Shown here: piece by piece, positions 1 to 13,277 of the stretch
Layout: each line of letters opens with the position of its first letter
Position numbering within the stretch: position 1 is the stretch's first letter
Assembly (NCBI RefSeq): GCF_001194135.2
Contig: NC_068998.1
Location: forward strand, 22,956,979-23,020,978
Length of the DNA: 64,000 bases
From: Octopus bimaculoides
Taxonomy: Eukaryota
Direction of reading: 5' to 3'
The notes under the pieces: model-generated
Seen by the model: only the letters and a program-made list of their open reading frames with translations
The model's database searches: none
What the model was told of the DNA's origin: nothing
Program-made: the position numbers and the translations under genes

Positions 1-448
1 TTCGCAATGTCATTATTTCTAATTCACAGATAAAATATGTTCACAATAGCGCCCGACGATCATCAGCGAGCAAGCGTTTTCTTTTTTTTTTCTTTTTACT
101 TAAATCATTTGATATATGAATCTAACATTTGGATATGCTGGAGTGAACATATAGAAATTAAGACAAGATATGGTAGATTATTTGTAAGATATGGTAGATT
201 ATTACCCAACTTAATATCATGTAATTAAATATGTTATAAACAATGTCTCTTGTAATGTTATATGCATGTATGTATATGTGTTACTTTGTGTTTGTGTATG
301 TGTGCGTATATGCGTGTGTGTATGTTTGTACTCTTTATGCAATTTACTTAATGTAATTAACATAAGTATGCTTAATCTTTCTAACTTGTACATTGTCACA
401 GAATTATAGCTATAAAATGCATAGTATGCATAATATCTATCTGTGTAA

Positions 449-493
449 CTATCTATCTATCTATCTATCTAACTATCTCAGCCTGTCTATCCG

Positions 494-539
<46 letters not shown>
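449..539. repeat. (CTAT)n then (CT)n microsatellites abutting an assembly gap
   Basis: Direct reading; N-run follows at 540-1164. Confidence 0.95.
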
Positions 540-1164
540 NNNNNNNNNNNNNNNNNNNNNNNNNNNNNNNNNNNNNNNNNNNNNNNNNNNNNNNNNNNNN
601 NNNNNNNNNNNNNNNNNNNNNNNNNNNNNNNNNNNNNNNNNNNNNNNNNNNNNNNNNNNNNNNNNNNNNNNNNNNNNNNNNNNNNNNNNNNNNNNNNNNN
701 NNNNNNNNNNNNNNNNNNNNNNNNNNNNNNNNNNNNNNNNNNNNNNNNNNNNNNNNNNNNNNNNNNNNNNNNNNNNNNNNNNNNNNNNNNNNNNNNNNNN
801 NNNNNNNNNNNNNNNNNNNNNNNNNNNNNNNNNNNNNNNNNNNNNNNNNNNNNNNNNNNNNNNNNNNNNNNNNNNNNNNNNNNNNNNNNNNNNNNNNNNN
901 NNNNNNNNNNNNNNNNNNNNNNNNNNNNNNNNNNNNNNNNNNNNNNNNNNNNNNNNNNNNNNNNNNNNNNNNNNNNNNNNNNNNNNNNNNNNNNNNNNNN
1001 NNNNNNNNNNNNNNNNNNNNNNNNNNNNNNNNNNNNNNNNNNNNNNNNNNNNNNNNNNNNNNNNNNNNNNNNNNNNNNNNNNNNNNNNNNNNNNNNNNNN
1101 NNNNNNNNNNNNNNNNNNNNNNNNNNNNNNNNNNNNNNNNNNNNNNNNNNNNNNNNNNNNNNNN
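540..1164. other. Assembly gap (first of eight: 540-1164, 7148-7326, 20575-20858, 24301-24789, 38951-39257, 46053-46173, 53923-54693, 56743-57063)
   Basis: Runs of N, most flanked by di-, tri- or tetranucleotide repeats, typical of short-read scaffolds. Confidence 0.98.
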
Positions 1165-1181
1165 GTAAAAGAGTAAAAGAG

Positions 1182-1212
<31 letters not shown>

Positions 1213-1514
1213 ACGTTGACCGTCGTGCAAAATACCTTAAGACAAACGCCTTCATACACATACACACACTCACAAACACACACATATATATTTGTGTGTC
1301 TGTAAATAAGAATCTATAAAGAGGTGCCTGTGATGACACTGACAATGAACCAGAGATACGGAATATTTCTTTCTTTTTACACGTCTCGTATACAATCCCA
1401 CATTATATTGTTCTGTATCGTCTACCAACATTGTTTGCGAACACTGTGAATTATAAAGACATTATTATTATTATTGTTATTATTATCATTATTATTATTA
1501 TCATTATTATTATT

Positions 1515-1696
1515 AGCCGGCAAAATGCTTAGCGGCATTTCTTCCCTCTTTACGTCTAAGTTGAAATTCCGCTGAGTTCCGCATTGCATTTTATCCTATC
1601 CGGTTCGATAAATTAAGTACCAGTGAAACATTGAGGTCGATGTAATCGGCTTCTGTCATCCCCTAAATTTGCTGTCAGTGTGGCAAAATTTGAAAC
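1515..1696 (+). mobile_element. tRNA-derived SINE, family 1
   Basis: ccggcaaaatgcttagcggcatttc...gttgaaattccgctgag (B-box-like)...gataaattaagtaccag...tggcaaaatttgaaa followed by an ATT-rich tail; homologous copies recur at 19.1, 25.4, 45.2, 46.3, 47.6 and 59.1 kb. Confidence 0.8.
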
Positions 1697-1699
1697 GCT

Positions 1700-1769
1700 A
1701 TTTTTATTATTAATATTATTATTATTATTATTATTATCATAATCGTCATCATCATCATCATCATCATCA

Positions 1770-1844
<75 letters not shown>

Positions 1845-1968
1845 CAGAATCCGTATCGCGATGGATCAGTTCTAGTCCTTTACTTTCCGTCTTCAAATTC
1901 TACTGTAGACTTTTTCCACAGGAGCTATAATTTGAATAATAACAATAATGATATGATGATGATGATGG

Positions 1969-2000
<32 letters not shown>

Positions 2001-2060
2001 GGATGAAGACAATGACGACGACGACAACGACGATGATGATGACGTTGATGATGATGATTT
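1700..2060. repeat. Compound trinucleotide microsatellites (ATT)n/(CAT)n and (GAT)n
   Basis: Direct reading. Confidence 0.9.
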
Positions 2061-4074
2061 CATTTTGTTGCTCTTATTTTGTGATATAATAATTATTATC
2101 CAGTTAAGATTGAAGAAAACAATTCTGTCATTCTTTTCAAAGGGAAATTATCTTCCTATCGTTGCTGTGGCATCGCATATGAAAGATAATAGCCATAATA
2201 CATTTCAGAATGCATCAATTCAGTTTAATGAAGTTCAGTCATATTCATTTTCTCGTGTTACACTCATAATTAATTGTTTTATGTATATACAGACATACAT
2301 GGACAGACATATACACATACACGCATATATAAGTGTTCTTGTTTATGTCAACATACGTATATTTGTATATATATATATAGACACATATGTATGAGTATAT
2401 GTGTGTGTGTGTGAGTGGGTTTGTGTCTGTAGTTGTACATAAACACGCACCTATATTGTTATTGCAATAGCTGAAAATGTGAGTTAAAACTTAAATAAAA
2501 TAAAACAAATGAAAAGAAAGGATTAATCCATAGCTCAAAATAGAACGCCAACTATAAGGAAGAACATTAAACAAAATTTGCGTGGAGACAAGGATGTCAA
2601 ACTATTGTTTTTTTCTTCTTTTTCTGGCATTAAAATTCTTTTATTCAAATGCAATATCTCCCTACATTAAAAATTGTTTTGTACAGTTTAAGGGTTTTTG
2701 CTGATAATTTTGTTTTAGTAGTTATCGAAATTTCACTTTTAAGACTTCTCAAGAATTTTTGAGGGAGAGTTACTAATGATAATGGTGGGTGTTTGGCATA
2801 TTTCATACAAAAAAATTATCGCTGATAAATTGATATCTTAAAGTAAATTTACTCTTTTGCCGAAGCGTCTGATATTATTAAATTATGTTTAACGTTTTTC
2901 TTCTTTAATGTCTGTATGGTTGTACAATAATATAATTAAAATTTCCCTCTGAAAAAAATAAACTAGCATAATTTCAGAGAAAATTATAAATAATAACCAG
3001 TAACGTTAATCAGAGATTCAAATTATATTCCATATATAATCCGGCATTTTTTACCCAAACTTTTATGCAATTTTTCTTCATAATTTTCCCATTACAGCAT
3101 TAGCATATCAACGACTAGCTGATGCATATTTCCAGCTTTATTATACTTTTAGCTGTTTATTTGATATTGAACTGGTCAAAAGATGAAAGGGGAAAGGTTT
3201 ATTACAAATTCATTTATTTTCCAACCTGATTTTTAAAATAATTCTACAATTATATTACTCTTAAATGAAACGCCAATCGATTGCTTGGTATGGTATCATA
3301 CCATCATATAAGGATAAATATTCTGTGACAGTCCATTGTTGCTAGATTTGAAATACACAGTGTTATATTTCCGAAGTCTAACAAATAGGAAGGGTAGCTA
3401 ACCGGTTTTCCGGCAAAAGCACTACACATATATGAATGCAGAACCAAGATTTGTATGGTTTGAAGTATTTGAGGACTACAACATGCAGCCCTCAAATATT
3501 CCATACTTACATCAAATACTATCTCATGTAATACTCTTCAGATACTTTCTCATGTAATATCCTCCACACGTAACCGCACATTGGCCAGATGATGCTTTCC
3601 TAGATTGCAGGCAATGTTAAAACAAACTACAATTTCACATCCGTAATTTCCGAAGTTCAATAACAATTCTCCACTCGATTTTACTGGCGACACAGAGTTA
3701 AATTTCTTTCTGTCATCGGGGTTCAGAATGATCTCAAATAATATAATACTTTATACGAGCAGGAGTAAAGGAATAATACGATTAAGAGCAAGTCATTTAA
3801 ATTCTCTGAGTGACATTACCTGGTTTCGAATACAAGATAATCATATGAAAACTTAATAACGAATATCTATAACTACCAGTCTCAATTGTAAAAAATAATG
3901 GAATATTTATATTTCACTATGTATTTCACATAAGGCAACTCTCTCTCGTGCACACCAATGCATGCACGCACACGCAAACATACACACACATACTCACTCC
4001 ACACACACACGCATAAACAAAGGCACAGACTCACACGCATATACACACACATATATATGTGTATATTATATATA

Positions 4075-4403
4075 TGTCTGTCCTTGGCTGGCCTCAAATC
4101 TCACCTGCGAACCCATGGAAAACAAACCTCACCCAGCTATTCTGATTATATGTCTGTGCACACGTTTGAATGTGGTGTGTGCCAGAGGGTTTGCAAATCC
4201 AATGGGTGTCTTAAAAGACATGTTAGGATCCACAATGAGCAGAACTTACTTGCAGGTATTGGTAGTGCAAATCAGAGGTGCAATCTGTGTGGGTGTTTTT
4301 TCAAAACACTGTCTGGTTTAAAAAGCCACATCAGACGCCATGAAAGGGCTAAGGTGTAGGTGCAGGAGGTGGTCAAACTCTGTTTAAGGAGTAGACAACT
4401 ACC

Positions 4404-4410
<7 letters not shown>
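4075..4410 (+). mobile_element. 5'-truncated LINE 3' end (probably RTE clade) encoding tandem C2H2 zinc fingers
   Basis: Open frame CLSLAGLKSHLRTH...FECGVCQRVCKSNGCLKRHVRIH...QRCNLCGCFFKTLSGLKSHIRRHERAKV* (TAG 4357-4359), about 45-nt 3' UTR, then (TA)n. No TGEKP linkers; the GLxSHxRxH ending resembles RTE ORF2 C-termini; the 5' side is cut inside the first finger at a TA-rich tract. Confidence 0.65.
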
Positions 4411-4434
<24 letters not shown>

Positions 4435-5142
4435 TATATATTATATATTATATATTATATATATATATATATATATAATATATATGCATATACATGTGTG
4501 TCTATGTGTGCATTTAGAAACATATTTGTGTTCGCGTGCGTGCACACGCATTGCTATATATACATCAGTCTTTGTCACAGCCGTTGATGAAACTATAGGT
4601 GTAGGTGGCAATTTTAATGTTTTATTTTCGCCTCGGTATGGCTTTATGTATATATGTGTGTGTGTGTGTTGGGGATGTTTATATATATTTATGAGACTCT
4701 CGCTTTATGTTTGCATGTGCTTTCTGTCACTTTAAAATTTGTCTTTGAAGAAAGTTTCTTCACGTATTGTTTTGATTTTATCGTTAAATTTCATCGCTTT
4801 TTTGGTAGCCAGGTTAAAGTTTATTATGAAATACGATAGTATCGTTCATGTGTCGAGTATAATTTATGTTATAACATATATTCAATGCATATATGTTGGT
4901 TTTAATATTTTTCCTATTAATGTACAACAAAAATAGCATATGCAAGCATCGATAAATTTGAGATGGTCCATCCATTCATATATGACTATATATAAATACT
5001 ACAATATACAAAATTATTTTTAAAATTTCGAAAGCCTCTAATCATCAAATGTGATCCGAACGTTTTGTCATTATATGCTATTACATTGAGACAGTTACTA
5101 CTATTATTATTATTATTATTCTCATAATTATTATTTTTATTA

Positions 5143-5455
5143 TTCACCAGACTTATTTTCATCACGCGCTTGCACTGTACTACCGAGCGCAGCTCTCTTT
5201 GCCTTGGTGGTGTGCTATGTTTGGTTTTACTGTTGTTGTGACTGTGTTGAGAATCCTGTACGTAGGAATTTTGCGATTCCTAGTTGTTATATTTTCTGTA
5301 TGTTATGCATATTTGTAAGCCTTGATGTTTCGGTTATGTATTTGTATATTTTTTACCCATGCCTAACGCATCTCTAATTAGAAGGGTTGTTTCGGTTTTT
5401 AGGCTCTCGATTCAAGTTATCTCTGTTTCTCCGTTTCTTTTAGAGATACCTTTTG
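5143..5455 (-). mobile_element. R4/Dong-like RLE LINE 3' end, subfamily A (decayed)
   Basis: Minus strand reads KYITETSRLTNMHNIQKI, homologous to YITKTPGLTNIYNIQKIALL at 20.9 kb; 3' UTR gagctgcgctcggtagt is shared with 7.35 kb; ends in an (AAT)n-like tail. Confidence 0.75.
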
Positions 5456-5479
5456 ATGTTATCCGAGCGGGCAGTAATG

Positions 5480-5560
5480 AAATAGCAGGTAAGTGGTACG
5501 AACACAAACGGGAATATGTGACTTAGAATGTGAATTACAGAGTCTTATGGAACGTCCGCA
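5480..5560 (+). mobile_element. Small R4/Dong-like LINE fragment (pre-endonuclease region)
   Basis: AGKWYEHKREYVT*NVNYRVLWNV matches the KWYxH.PE.V.ENE..KILWD motif also seen at 18.4 kb. Confidence 0.45.
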
Positions 5561-5920
5561 CAATGGCTACCATACTACTAAAGGAAGATGATTGAAATGA
5601 TTATAGAGGCAAAATCCTCAAACGAGACAACATCATGGACTTTGCCATTTCCGTATAGTAAAAGAGTTGATACTAGAGAATGTCTCTTTTAAATGATATT
5701 TAGCAAGAGTTACTATAGGCATGAAGAAGTTGTGGATTTACAACTCAAATAACTGTCGCGATCACACAACACACAACATTCTACATAAAAGGCTGAAAGT
5801 TATTGGATGTAAGATTTGCTTTGCCCTCATGAAGAAAGATATCATTCTTTATTCTGGAGGAATCCTAAGAATGATTCTTGAGATTTGAGGGGACTTGTAA
5901 CAAAACCTCAACATAAATAT

Positions 5921-6306
5921 CATGTCTCTTCGTGGATGACAATATATGCATCTCTGATCACGAGCAGAAGTAGTACTGGAATATCATAGTGATGTTGTGG
6001 GAATTCTTTAGGGTTAGAATAACACAACTCTGGAAACATGGGTGATTCGTTAACACTCCTTACACGACCTTCATTCAGGGATCTTTTGATCGGGATAGGC
6101 TACTCATAACGAGGAAAACTCTAAGTGGGTCCCACCTGCAAGATAATGGCTGTGTATCTTGATATGAGATATACATGTCGTGCACATACAATTGTGACGC
6201 ATGTGCCTGTTGTACACCTATCAGACGAGTAGACATGATCACTATATTGGGCTTCATATATTTGTGACCCAGTGTTACTCTGATGGCATGCGCTGCTCCG
6301 TCACTC
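5921..6306 (+). mobile_element. Non-coding AAT-tailed dispersed repeat (5'-truncated copy of the 13.5-14.0 kb element)
   Basis: Co-linear similarity to 13651-14019 (ctgatcacgagca, cccacctgcaag, tatcagac, tactgggcttc, cactc-AATAAT). Confidence 0.85.
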
Positions 6307-6427
<121 letters not shown>

Positions 6428-7003
6428 ATTGTTAATGAATGCATATGTAATTAAAATAAAGATCCATAATCGATCAGATCGCGAAAGGTCTACACTGGAA
6501 ACTGTAGGAAAAGTGGTAGCTATATAAAGTCGAGACGTGGGAATCTTCTGGGATTTCCCGATCCACACAGATCAAGTGTTACAGCATAAGAGACCGAACC
6601 TAGTGATGGTCGACAAGATGTACCACATGTGCTACATAGTCGATATTTCATGTCCCTTTAACGCACGAATAGACAAAAAGGAACGCAGAAAGATAGATAA
6701 ATACAACCCTCTTAAGTAAGAAATGGCTCGGCAATGGAAGCTGAAGAAGGTGAAGATAGTGCCAATTATTGTCGGTTTCTTTGGGGACAGTATAAGAAGG
6801 CATCAAGAAGATTACAAAGGAAATTGGATTAGAGTGCCCAGTAGAACTGTTACACAAACTTTGCCACGTTTGCACGGCCAGAGTAATCAGGAAAGTATTC
6901 GAAAACTGAAAAGAACGGATATTATGGCACCGTAGTCAGCAAGTAGTAAGCCTGCTACGCATGGAAAGCGTCGGGAGTTCCAACAAAATATATGACACAA
7001 AGA
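6428..7003 (+). mobile_element. R4/Dong-like (or NeSL-like) LINE 3' fragment with restriction-like endonuclease domain, subfamily B
   Basis: IFWDFPIHTDQVLQHKRPNLVMVDKMYHMCYIVDISCPFNARIDKKERRKIDKYNPLK*EMARQWKLKKVKIVPIIVG fits the RPD..D...K-Y RLE signature; followed by (AAT)n 7004-7081. Confidence 0.8.
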
Positions 7004-7081
<78 letters not shown>

Positions 7082-7403
7082 CATGAAGATCATGAAGAAA
7101 AAAATGCTTTCTAATTGATGTATCAATACCAGCAGATGACAACGTTTNNNNNNNNNNNNNNNNNNNNNNNNNNNNNNNNNNNNNNNNNNNNNNNNNNNNN
7201 NNNNNNNNNNNNNNNNNNNNNNNNNNNNNNNNNNNNNNNNNNNNNNNNNNNNNNNNNNNNNNNNNNNNNNNNNNNNNNNNNNNNNNNNNNNNNNNNNNNN
7301 NNNNNNNNNNNNNNNNNNNNNNNNNNAGAGCACATACCCAAGGCGCACAGAGCTGCGCTCGGTAGTGAAGTGAAAGCACGTTATAAAAATAAAACTACTG
7401 AAC
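7082..7403 (+). mobile_element. R4/Dong-like LINE 3' end, subfamily A, interrupted by a gap
   Basis: KKCFLIDVSIPADDNV (RLE) before the gap; 3' UTR cccaaggcgcacagagctgcgctcggtagtgaagtgaaagcacg after it; (AAT)n on both sides. Confidence 0.8.
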
Positions 7404-7425
7404 AATAATAATAATAATAGTAATA

Positions 7426-7492
<67 letters not shown>

Positions 7493-7508
7493 TAATAATA
7501 ATAATAAT
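7404..7508. repeat. (AAT)n microsatellite / LINE tail
   Basis: Direct reading. Confidence 0.95.
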
Positions 7509-7829
7509 ATTTTTAAATGATTTGCGTAACTCTTCAAAAAGTTAAACAGACAAGACAAAGAGAGCTATGTCGTTGAAATTGATATTTTATTGGTTGAACG
7601 ATATTGCGATAGCAAGCATGTCTTTGTCAAGTTCAAAAAAAAAATGATAAAAATCAAAATTATAAAAATTCAAATCTCATACGAATGAGGGCGCGTTCAT
7701 TAAATGACATCATTAGTCTCTAAGTTTTAATTTTATAACTGACGAAACAAAAAAAATAAGACAGAAACTTAGAGAGAAAAAGAACGGAAAGAGAAATGAG
7801 AATGAAAAACAAGAAGAATGTCTTATCAA

Positions 7830-8635
7830 ACAATTTTGTGTAGATTCGATGATATTCTCCTATCATTTTATTCATTGCTACATGGCGTGAGGTTAACCCG
7901 GAAACATATTTCTCCTCACGCATTTTCAGTATTTAAAGTGAAAAAAATTTAGAATATTTTCTGAGAATATGCACTTTCAAGTCTTTTTCAAAATGGCAGC
8001 CGATTGAAGCAAAATGTTCATCAAGTTCTGTCGAACTACTGTCATATATATGCCCTTAAACTCTTTCATTTAATTGTTCTGTTGTAAAACCAACTCAAAT
8101 CAAGTTGTGTTTCGTTCATTCTGCAGCGTACACCAAATGGAATCTTTACATGTACCACCTTCTGTATAAATCATAAAATTTCTTTTATAATTTCTGATGG
8201 AATTCACTTGACTCATATCATTGCACAATGAACAGGGCATACCTCGCTTGCAGCGGTTTTTCTAATTACAGCGTGCAGATACCCCAATGTTAGTTTTCTT
8301 AGAGTCGAAAATAGAGGTCAATAGTTCCCTTATATTTTTATTCCGTTCAAAGGCGACTGAGGAAATATCTGTTTGAAACGAGGATATTTTTCTGTAACAT
8401 GTTGGTAGCGTTCATGCAACACTTTTGAAATACCGGCGAAATTTAGGTGGAAGTTAATCACAAAAGGAATGCTGTTACATATTCTATTGTGTTTGCTAAA
8501 ATTATGCGTGAAGGTTTGACTTTCTTCGCTAATCTTAGGTATATAATATGCTATTTCCTTTAATCGTGATTCACTGTAACTGCGCTTGACATAAAGTTGT
8601 TCAAATTCATTTGCATATTTCCAATAATCTCCCAT
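7830..8635 (-). mobile_element. Penelope-like element remnant (RT C-terminal linker plus GIY-YIG endonuclease)
   Basis: Across frameshifts: KRSYSESRLKEI...SIPFVINFHLNFAGISKVLHERY...FKQIFP, VAFERNKNIRELL, CKRGMPCSLC, GGTCKDS, VGFTTEQLNERV*GH, LDEHFASIGCHFEKDLKVHIL, REEKYVSGL..MNK; this is the motif order of PLE ORFs. Confidence 0.7.
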
Positions 8636-8695
8636 GTCAGTTTTATCCCCAGGTTGCCCTGATCAATATAACAGTAAGCAAATCAAAACAACCGG

Positions 8696-8749
<54 letters not shown>

Positions 8750-8939
8750 TAATAATAATGCTGCACTCTTGATGCAGAGGCTGTTTCTGTTTTGGCTATT
8801 GCTGTTATGTTTTTAATCATCTGTATCCCATCATCATTATCATCATTAGCATCACATTTACTTACATTTCACAACTTGCACAGCCGATAATAATTTAAAA
8901 GGCGTTATATGAATGATTAAATGTTATTGCCAGCACACG

Positions 8940-9110
8940 CTTTCGTGTGTGGAGTCACCTAAGTACTGCCATCTTCTGACTTCGATTTTTTTCTTTACTT
9001 CTGGTATACCGACAATGTATTTCTGCATCTTCCAATAGACACATTTCTTCGACGGTCACTGCAATTATTTTCTTCTTCGTACTTCCCGTCATTTTCACGT
9101 CTTCAAACAT
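8940..9110 (-). mobile_element. Possible RTE-like LINE C-terminal fossil
   Basis: KKIEVRRWQYLG resembles the RRWxWLGH motif downstream of RTE RT; weak. Confidence 0.25.
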
Positions 9111-11774
9111 CTATACTACCTCAGCTGTTGTCTAACGTTTATAGAAGTTCTTTTTCTCGGATATAATTAGTATATCTATAAGTATACAACCTATATGCAA
9201 TTCATTTTTGATACCTAACTTACGTTCTTTGACCGCTAATCTATACATTTATGAGAAAAGCATATCGTACATGAGTGTGAAATATTTCTTAGCACTTGTC
9301 ATATTTTAGTGTCACAGTATATCTTAGAAATCTTGAAATGCTTACGTATGCAGGAACGTTACGGCTATTTTACAACACTTAAGGTATTTCAAGCTTCTTT
9401 CTCGCAATCGCTGTTGAAAGACAAAAAGCTGAAATGAAAAACAATTCTCCCTTTATTGGATTCAGAAAACAAATTTATGTTTGGAACAATTCATCTTAAT
9501 TTCACCATGTAAGTAATAAGTCACAATTAGAGCTGGTGTTCTAACCTTTAGGCCTGAGATATATTACAGTAAGTATATCAAAACAACTGCAAAACAGCAA
9601 AATATGAATATATATATGAAAACAAATGTGACAGAAAAGAACAACAATTTATTACTGCTACAAGGACAGCATATTAGATAATACACTTCAAAACACATAT
9701 TGTATAATTACACATACTACGTCTCACGTTAATAAGCATAAGGGTGCGCAATTATTTGCATATGATTTCTCGAAAAGGGAAATCTATACAAGAGCCAGCT
9801 TAATTCAGTTTTACTGACATATGAATGATGGCGGAGAGCAAATTACCTGTGCATCCCTAAGTCCATAGGAATGTTGCCGTTTTATCCCAGGAATAGTTAA
9901 AAGCACCTCTGGCAGATAATTAAAGAACTATCTTTGTTAATCGGAGAGGGGAAATATTTATAGAAAGGGATTGTGGTTAAATACCAGACATCATTGTGCT
10001 TCACACATGAACTATCCTAATGCAGGTCTCAGAAGTATTGAGAAACCATAAGGCAATTGGTATTGTCAGAGACATAATAGATAATACCGACTTCATGTGA
10101 GTTATCCCCTTCAAAGCAAAATAAAGCATGTATATTACTGCTGTCATAAAATTCATGTTCTTTGGATGAGTTATAGTAAACATATACGTTCTCATGATTC
10201 CAATAAGCTGCGGTAGAAGATCACATTCATTTTTATGTAGGAGGTGATAAGGAGATGAAGTTTAAATCCTACATCGAGCAGCTGCATATGTCGCAGCAAA
10301 TATATTTGAAAACTTTCTCCAAAGAAAGCCTTGATGACAAATGCAAAATGAAATCAGATCACTACGCAGTCCTAAAAGAAAATCAAAATACTAACCGTCT
10401 ATATATAATTAGCCAATTCAAATTGTCAAAATCGAATTACCGTTTACATTCGCGCTTATGTTGTTACTATTATACTTCCTCCTTGATATCCACAAACGTC
10501 AGGGTCAGATGATAAGCCTAAGCCCTCTAAGTTGAATGTCACTTAAATGACTGCACTCATTGTAATGTAACAAGGTTACCAAGGAGCAGCACTTATGGAC
10601 ATTGCAATATATTTCCAAAGAAACACCTCTAAAATCTGAGGATGTGACATAATAACGAGACTGAAATCAAAATCGAAAGAATGGAGTATATGAAGAACGA
10701 AATAATGTCATGTATGGCGATCGTATGGAGTGAACCGATATTGATAGTGTCTTAGATGGTTGGTGAACGTTTTTACAATGTTCTCATGAGTTCTAGTGCT
10801 CCATTGAACACTAGTATTATTGCGGATTTCATAATCCATATAGAGTTGATTTGGGTTTCAGTGTTCTTGTCCAGTACCATTTTCTACACACACATACATT
10901 CATATTCCTACACAGACACTCGCAAAAATATATTCATATTTATGTCCAAACACACGCAGACGCACACAAACATATACTAAATAATGTTACCTGAAAGTTA
11001 GAGAAAATATTTAATATATAAAATTCTTACGTAATTTGCAATGAAAATAAACTGTCTCCGGACATTTCCAGATAAAATCTAAACTTCGAATAGGAAATGG
11101 TTGATTTTAACATTATCGTGTTTAATCTATGACGTAAAGTCAACGTAGATGAACAAAATTGATATCGTAAAAAATAAACCCAAAAGTATGCTTGGTTAGC
11201 TATTAATAAGATATATGAATTTTAGTGGAATTCTTTACTGCTGTATTAAAACAGAGTATTTCAGGATAGCGTATACTGACTGTATCGACGAGATAATGCT
11301 ATTAGTTTATTTTTCTCATCACATTATAATAAACATTATCATGTTACCAGTGCGAAGGCGGTGAATTGACAGAATGTCTTGAGCATAGGAAAAAAATTCT
11401 ATGCGATAATCTTTTTACATTTACGCATTCCGCTGACATCAGGTCTCTGTGCCGAAAGAATAAGTCTCATTCAAATAGTCATACCGATAGTAGCCACAAA
11501 CGAGTATTCTTCCGAAATTTACTAGATTTTAATATAAATGTGAAATAATTAGTATTATTAAGGCAGATAGTCAAGAGAATCGTTTGCGCACCAGAGCAAG
11601 ATACTTGCTGTATATGAATGGTTATATTCTTCTAGGTTCAGATCAATAATAATAATAATAATAATTCTGAAGTCCAGTTTTGTGAAATTCTTTTGCACTA
11701 CCAGCATACTGTAGCAGTTCTTGTTTGATGTTTACCACATATTCTGTCATATTTCTTCTTTCACTGTTGATGCA

Positions 11775-11845
<71 letters not shown>

Positions 11846-11959
11846 TTTAATAATAATTATTATTGTGATTAGTATTGTTTTTGTTGTTGTCATTATGATG
11901 ATGATAAAGATGTTGATGGAAAGCGGTGAGACAAGAAGGAAATCAAGGCTACTGGCTCA

Positions 11960-12630
11960 AGTAGTTTAGATCATCACAGAAGAGAACTGCGTTGCAATTA
12001 GACAATTACCTACAGAGAGGTGCAGTTCTGGAGTGAATGGTAGAGGGAAAAACAAAATTGTTAATGAAAGATTGCTTAAATGTCAATGAGGTTGATAATT
12101 ACCGACTCATTGCTTGTCTTAACCTCATATGGTGGAAAGTATTAACGGGTATTCTCGCAGGGAAAGTATCCAAGGGCACCAAGGACCAGTTTGGGATAAA
12201 CAAGGTTATAATGAAGAAGTGTAAATGGTACCAAATAACTTATGCTTGTCCTGGATAGTTTTCAAAATGGCTTACAACATGATACCGCATTTGTGGATTT
12301 TGAAAATATTCGACATATGTGCAATAGACGGCAACGTGTGTGCACTGATTGAGAACAGCATGCCTAGTTGGAAAACACGTTTTTCCTTTAACAATCAGTA
12401 TTTACCGAGATAACATGCAAAAGTGGAATGTTTCAAGGTGACTCTTGTTCACGTCTCTTATTTGTTAGAGTCTTGATCTCGCTGTCTATAGCCCTGCGCA
12501 AAGTCACCGCGCACTATAAGCTGAGAAAGAATGGACATCATCTCAACCACCTTCTCTTCGTGGATGAGTTATAACTGTTCGCTAAAACACAGCCTGAAAT
12601 AGAGAGGCTCGGTGAGACTGCGCAAATGTG
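11960..12630 (+). mobile_element. R4/Dong-like LINE reverse transcriptase fragment (pseudogenised)
   Basis: NYRLIACLNLIWWKVLTGIL, GTKDQFGINK, WIVFKMAYNMIPHLWIL, GMFQGDS, LNHLLFVDEL*LFAK; many stops and frameshifts; (ATT)n at 11776-11845 upstream. Confidence 0.8.
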
Positions 12631-13277
12631 AAGCATGGATATAAGGACACCCGCTGTTTACGTTTTTGAAATTGATGTTTTTATTTCGAACAATGTTATC
12701 GAAAACGGTGCCATTGTTTTTCAGATCTTCTAAGAGATATTTCTCGAAAACATTTGCCCTGCTGTCTCTTTTGTTCTTTCTTTCAAAAGCAGTCATCGTC
12801 TGTTTTTTTTTTCCTTCTTTTTTTTCAGCACTATTTCGTTTTTTAGTTGTAATTCTCTTTCGCAAACTCGCACTCTCTCACATTAACGTTTGGTAATGCT
12901 CTTTACACTTTCCTCTTCTCTCACACATAAGCATTACCATGTTTTGCTGTGTTTTCTCCATCTTGGTGGGGAAAACGGAAACAACTATGTTCCCCAAAAC
13001 TGAGGGACAAAACAGGAAGATAAACTCACCACTCAGCTGTAATGAAACGGTTGTCCACGATGGTACACATTTGAAGGGTGCAAATACATCATTATGTGTT
13101 TTTTCCTTATAAAGTTCACAGAGCGAGGTCAAGTGAGGCCTGCGAGCCTGGAGGCCATAGTAATTATAATACAACGATTAGCCAGATATGATTTGCAAAA
13201 TGAGGATATCTGAAATAAACGCGACAGCTCTCACAAATGGGAGTACTAAAAATGAACCTAACCGCTCCATAAATGAA

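Noticed and set aside
393-1345. Long ORFs of 140-370 aa in the track here and at 6.9-7.5, 20.2-21.2, 24.1-24.9, 38.9-39.5, 53.8-54.9 and 56.6-57.2 kb
   Set aside because: They are open only because they cross N-runs and simple repeats; not evidence of coding.
3513-3745. Minus-strand 60-codon open stretch near a GTAAGT donor
   Set aside because: A stop occurs before the donor, the acceptor is weak and no homology is recognisable.
7896-8001. ETS-like (CCGGAA) and YY1-like (AAAATGGC) motifs suggesting a promoter
   Set aside because: They lie inside the Penelope-like coding remnant on the opposite strand, with no downstream gene.
9114-9123. 10-nt complement of the let-7 5' end (tactacctca)
   Set aside because: The match stops after 10 nt, there is no hairpin and no transcript context; expected by chance.
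10440-10510. LPP*YPQTSG resembling the Gypsy integrase PPYHPQSNG motif
   Set aside because: Single short degenerate motif with no supporting integrase motifs that I can read.
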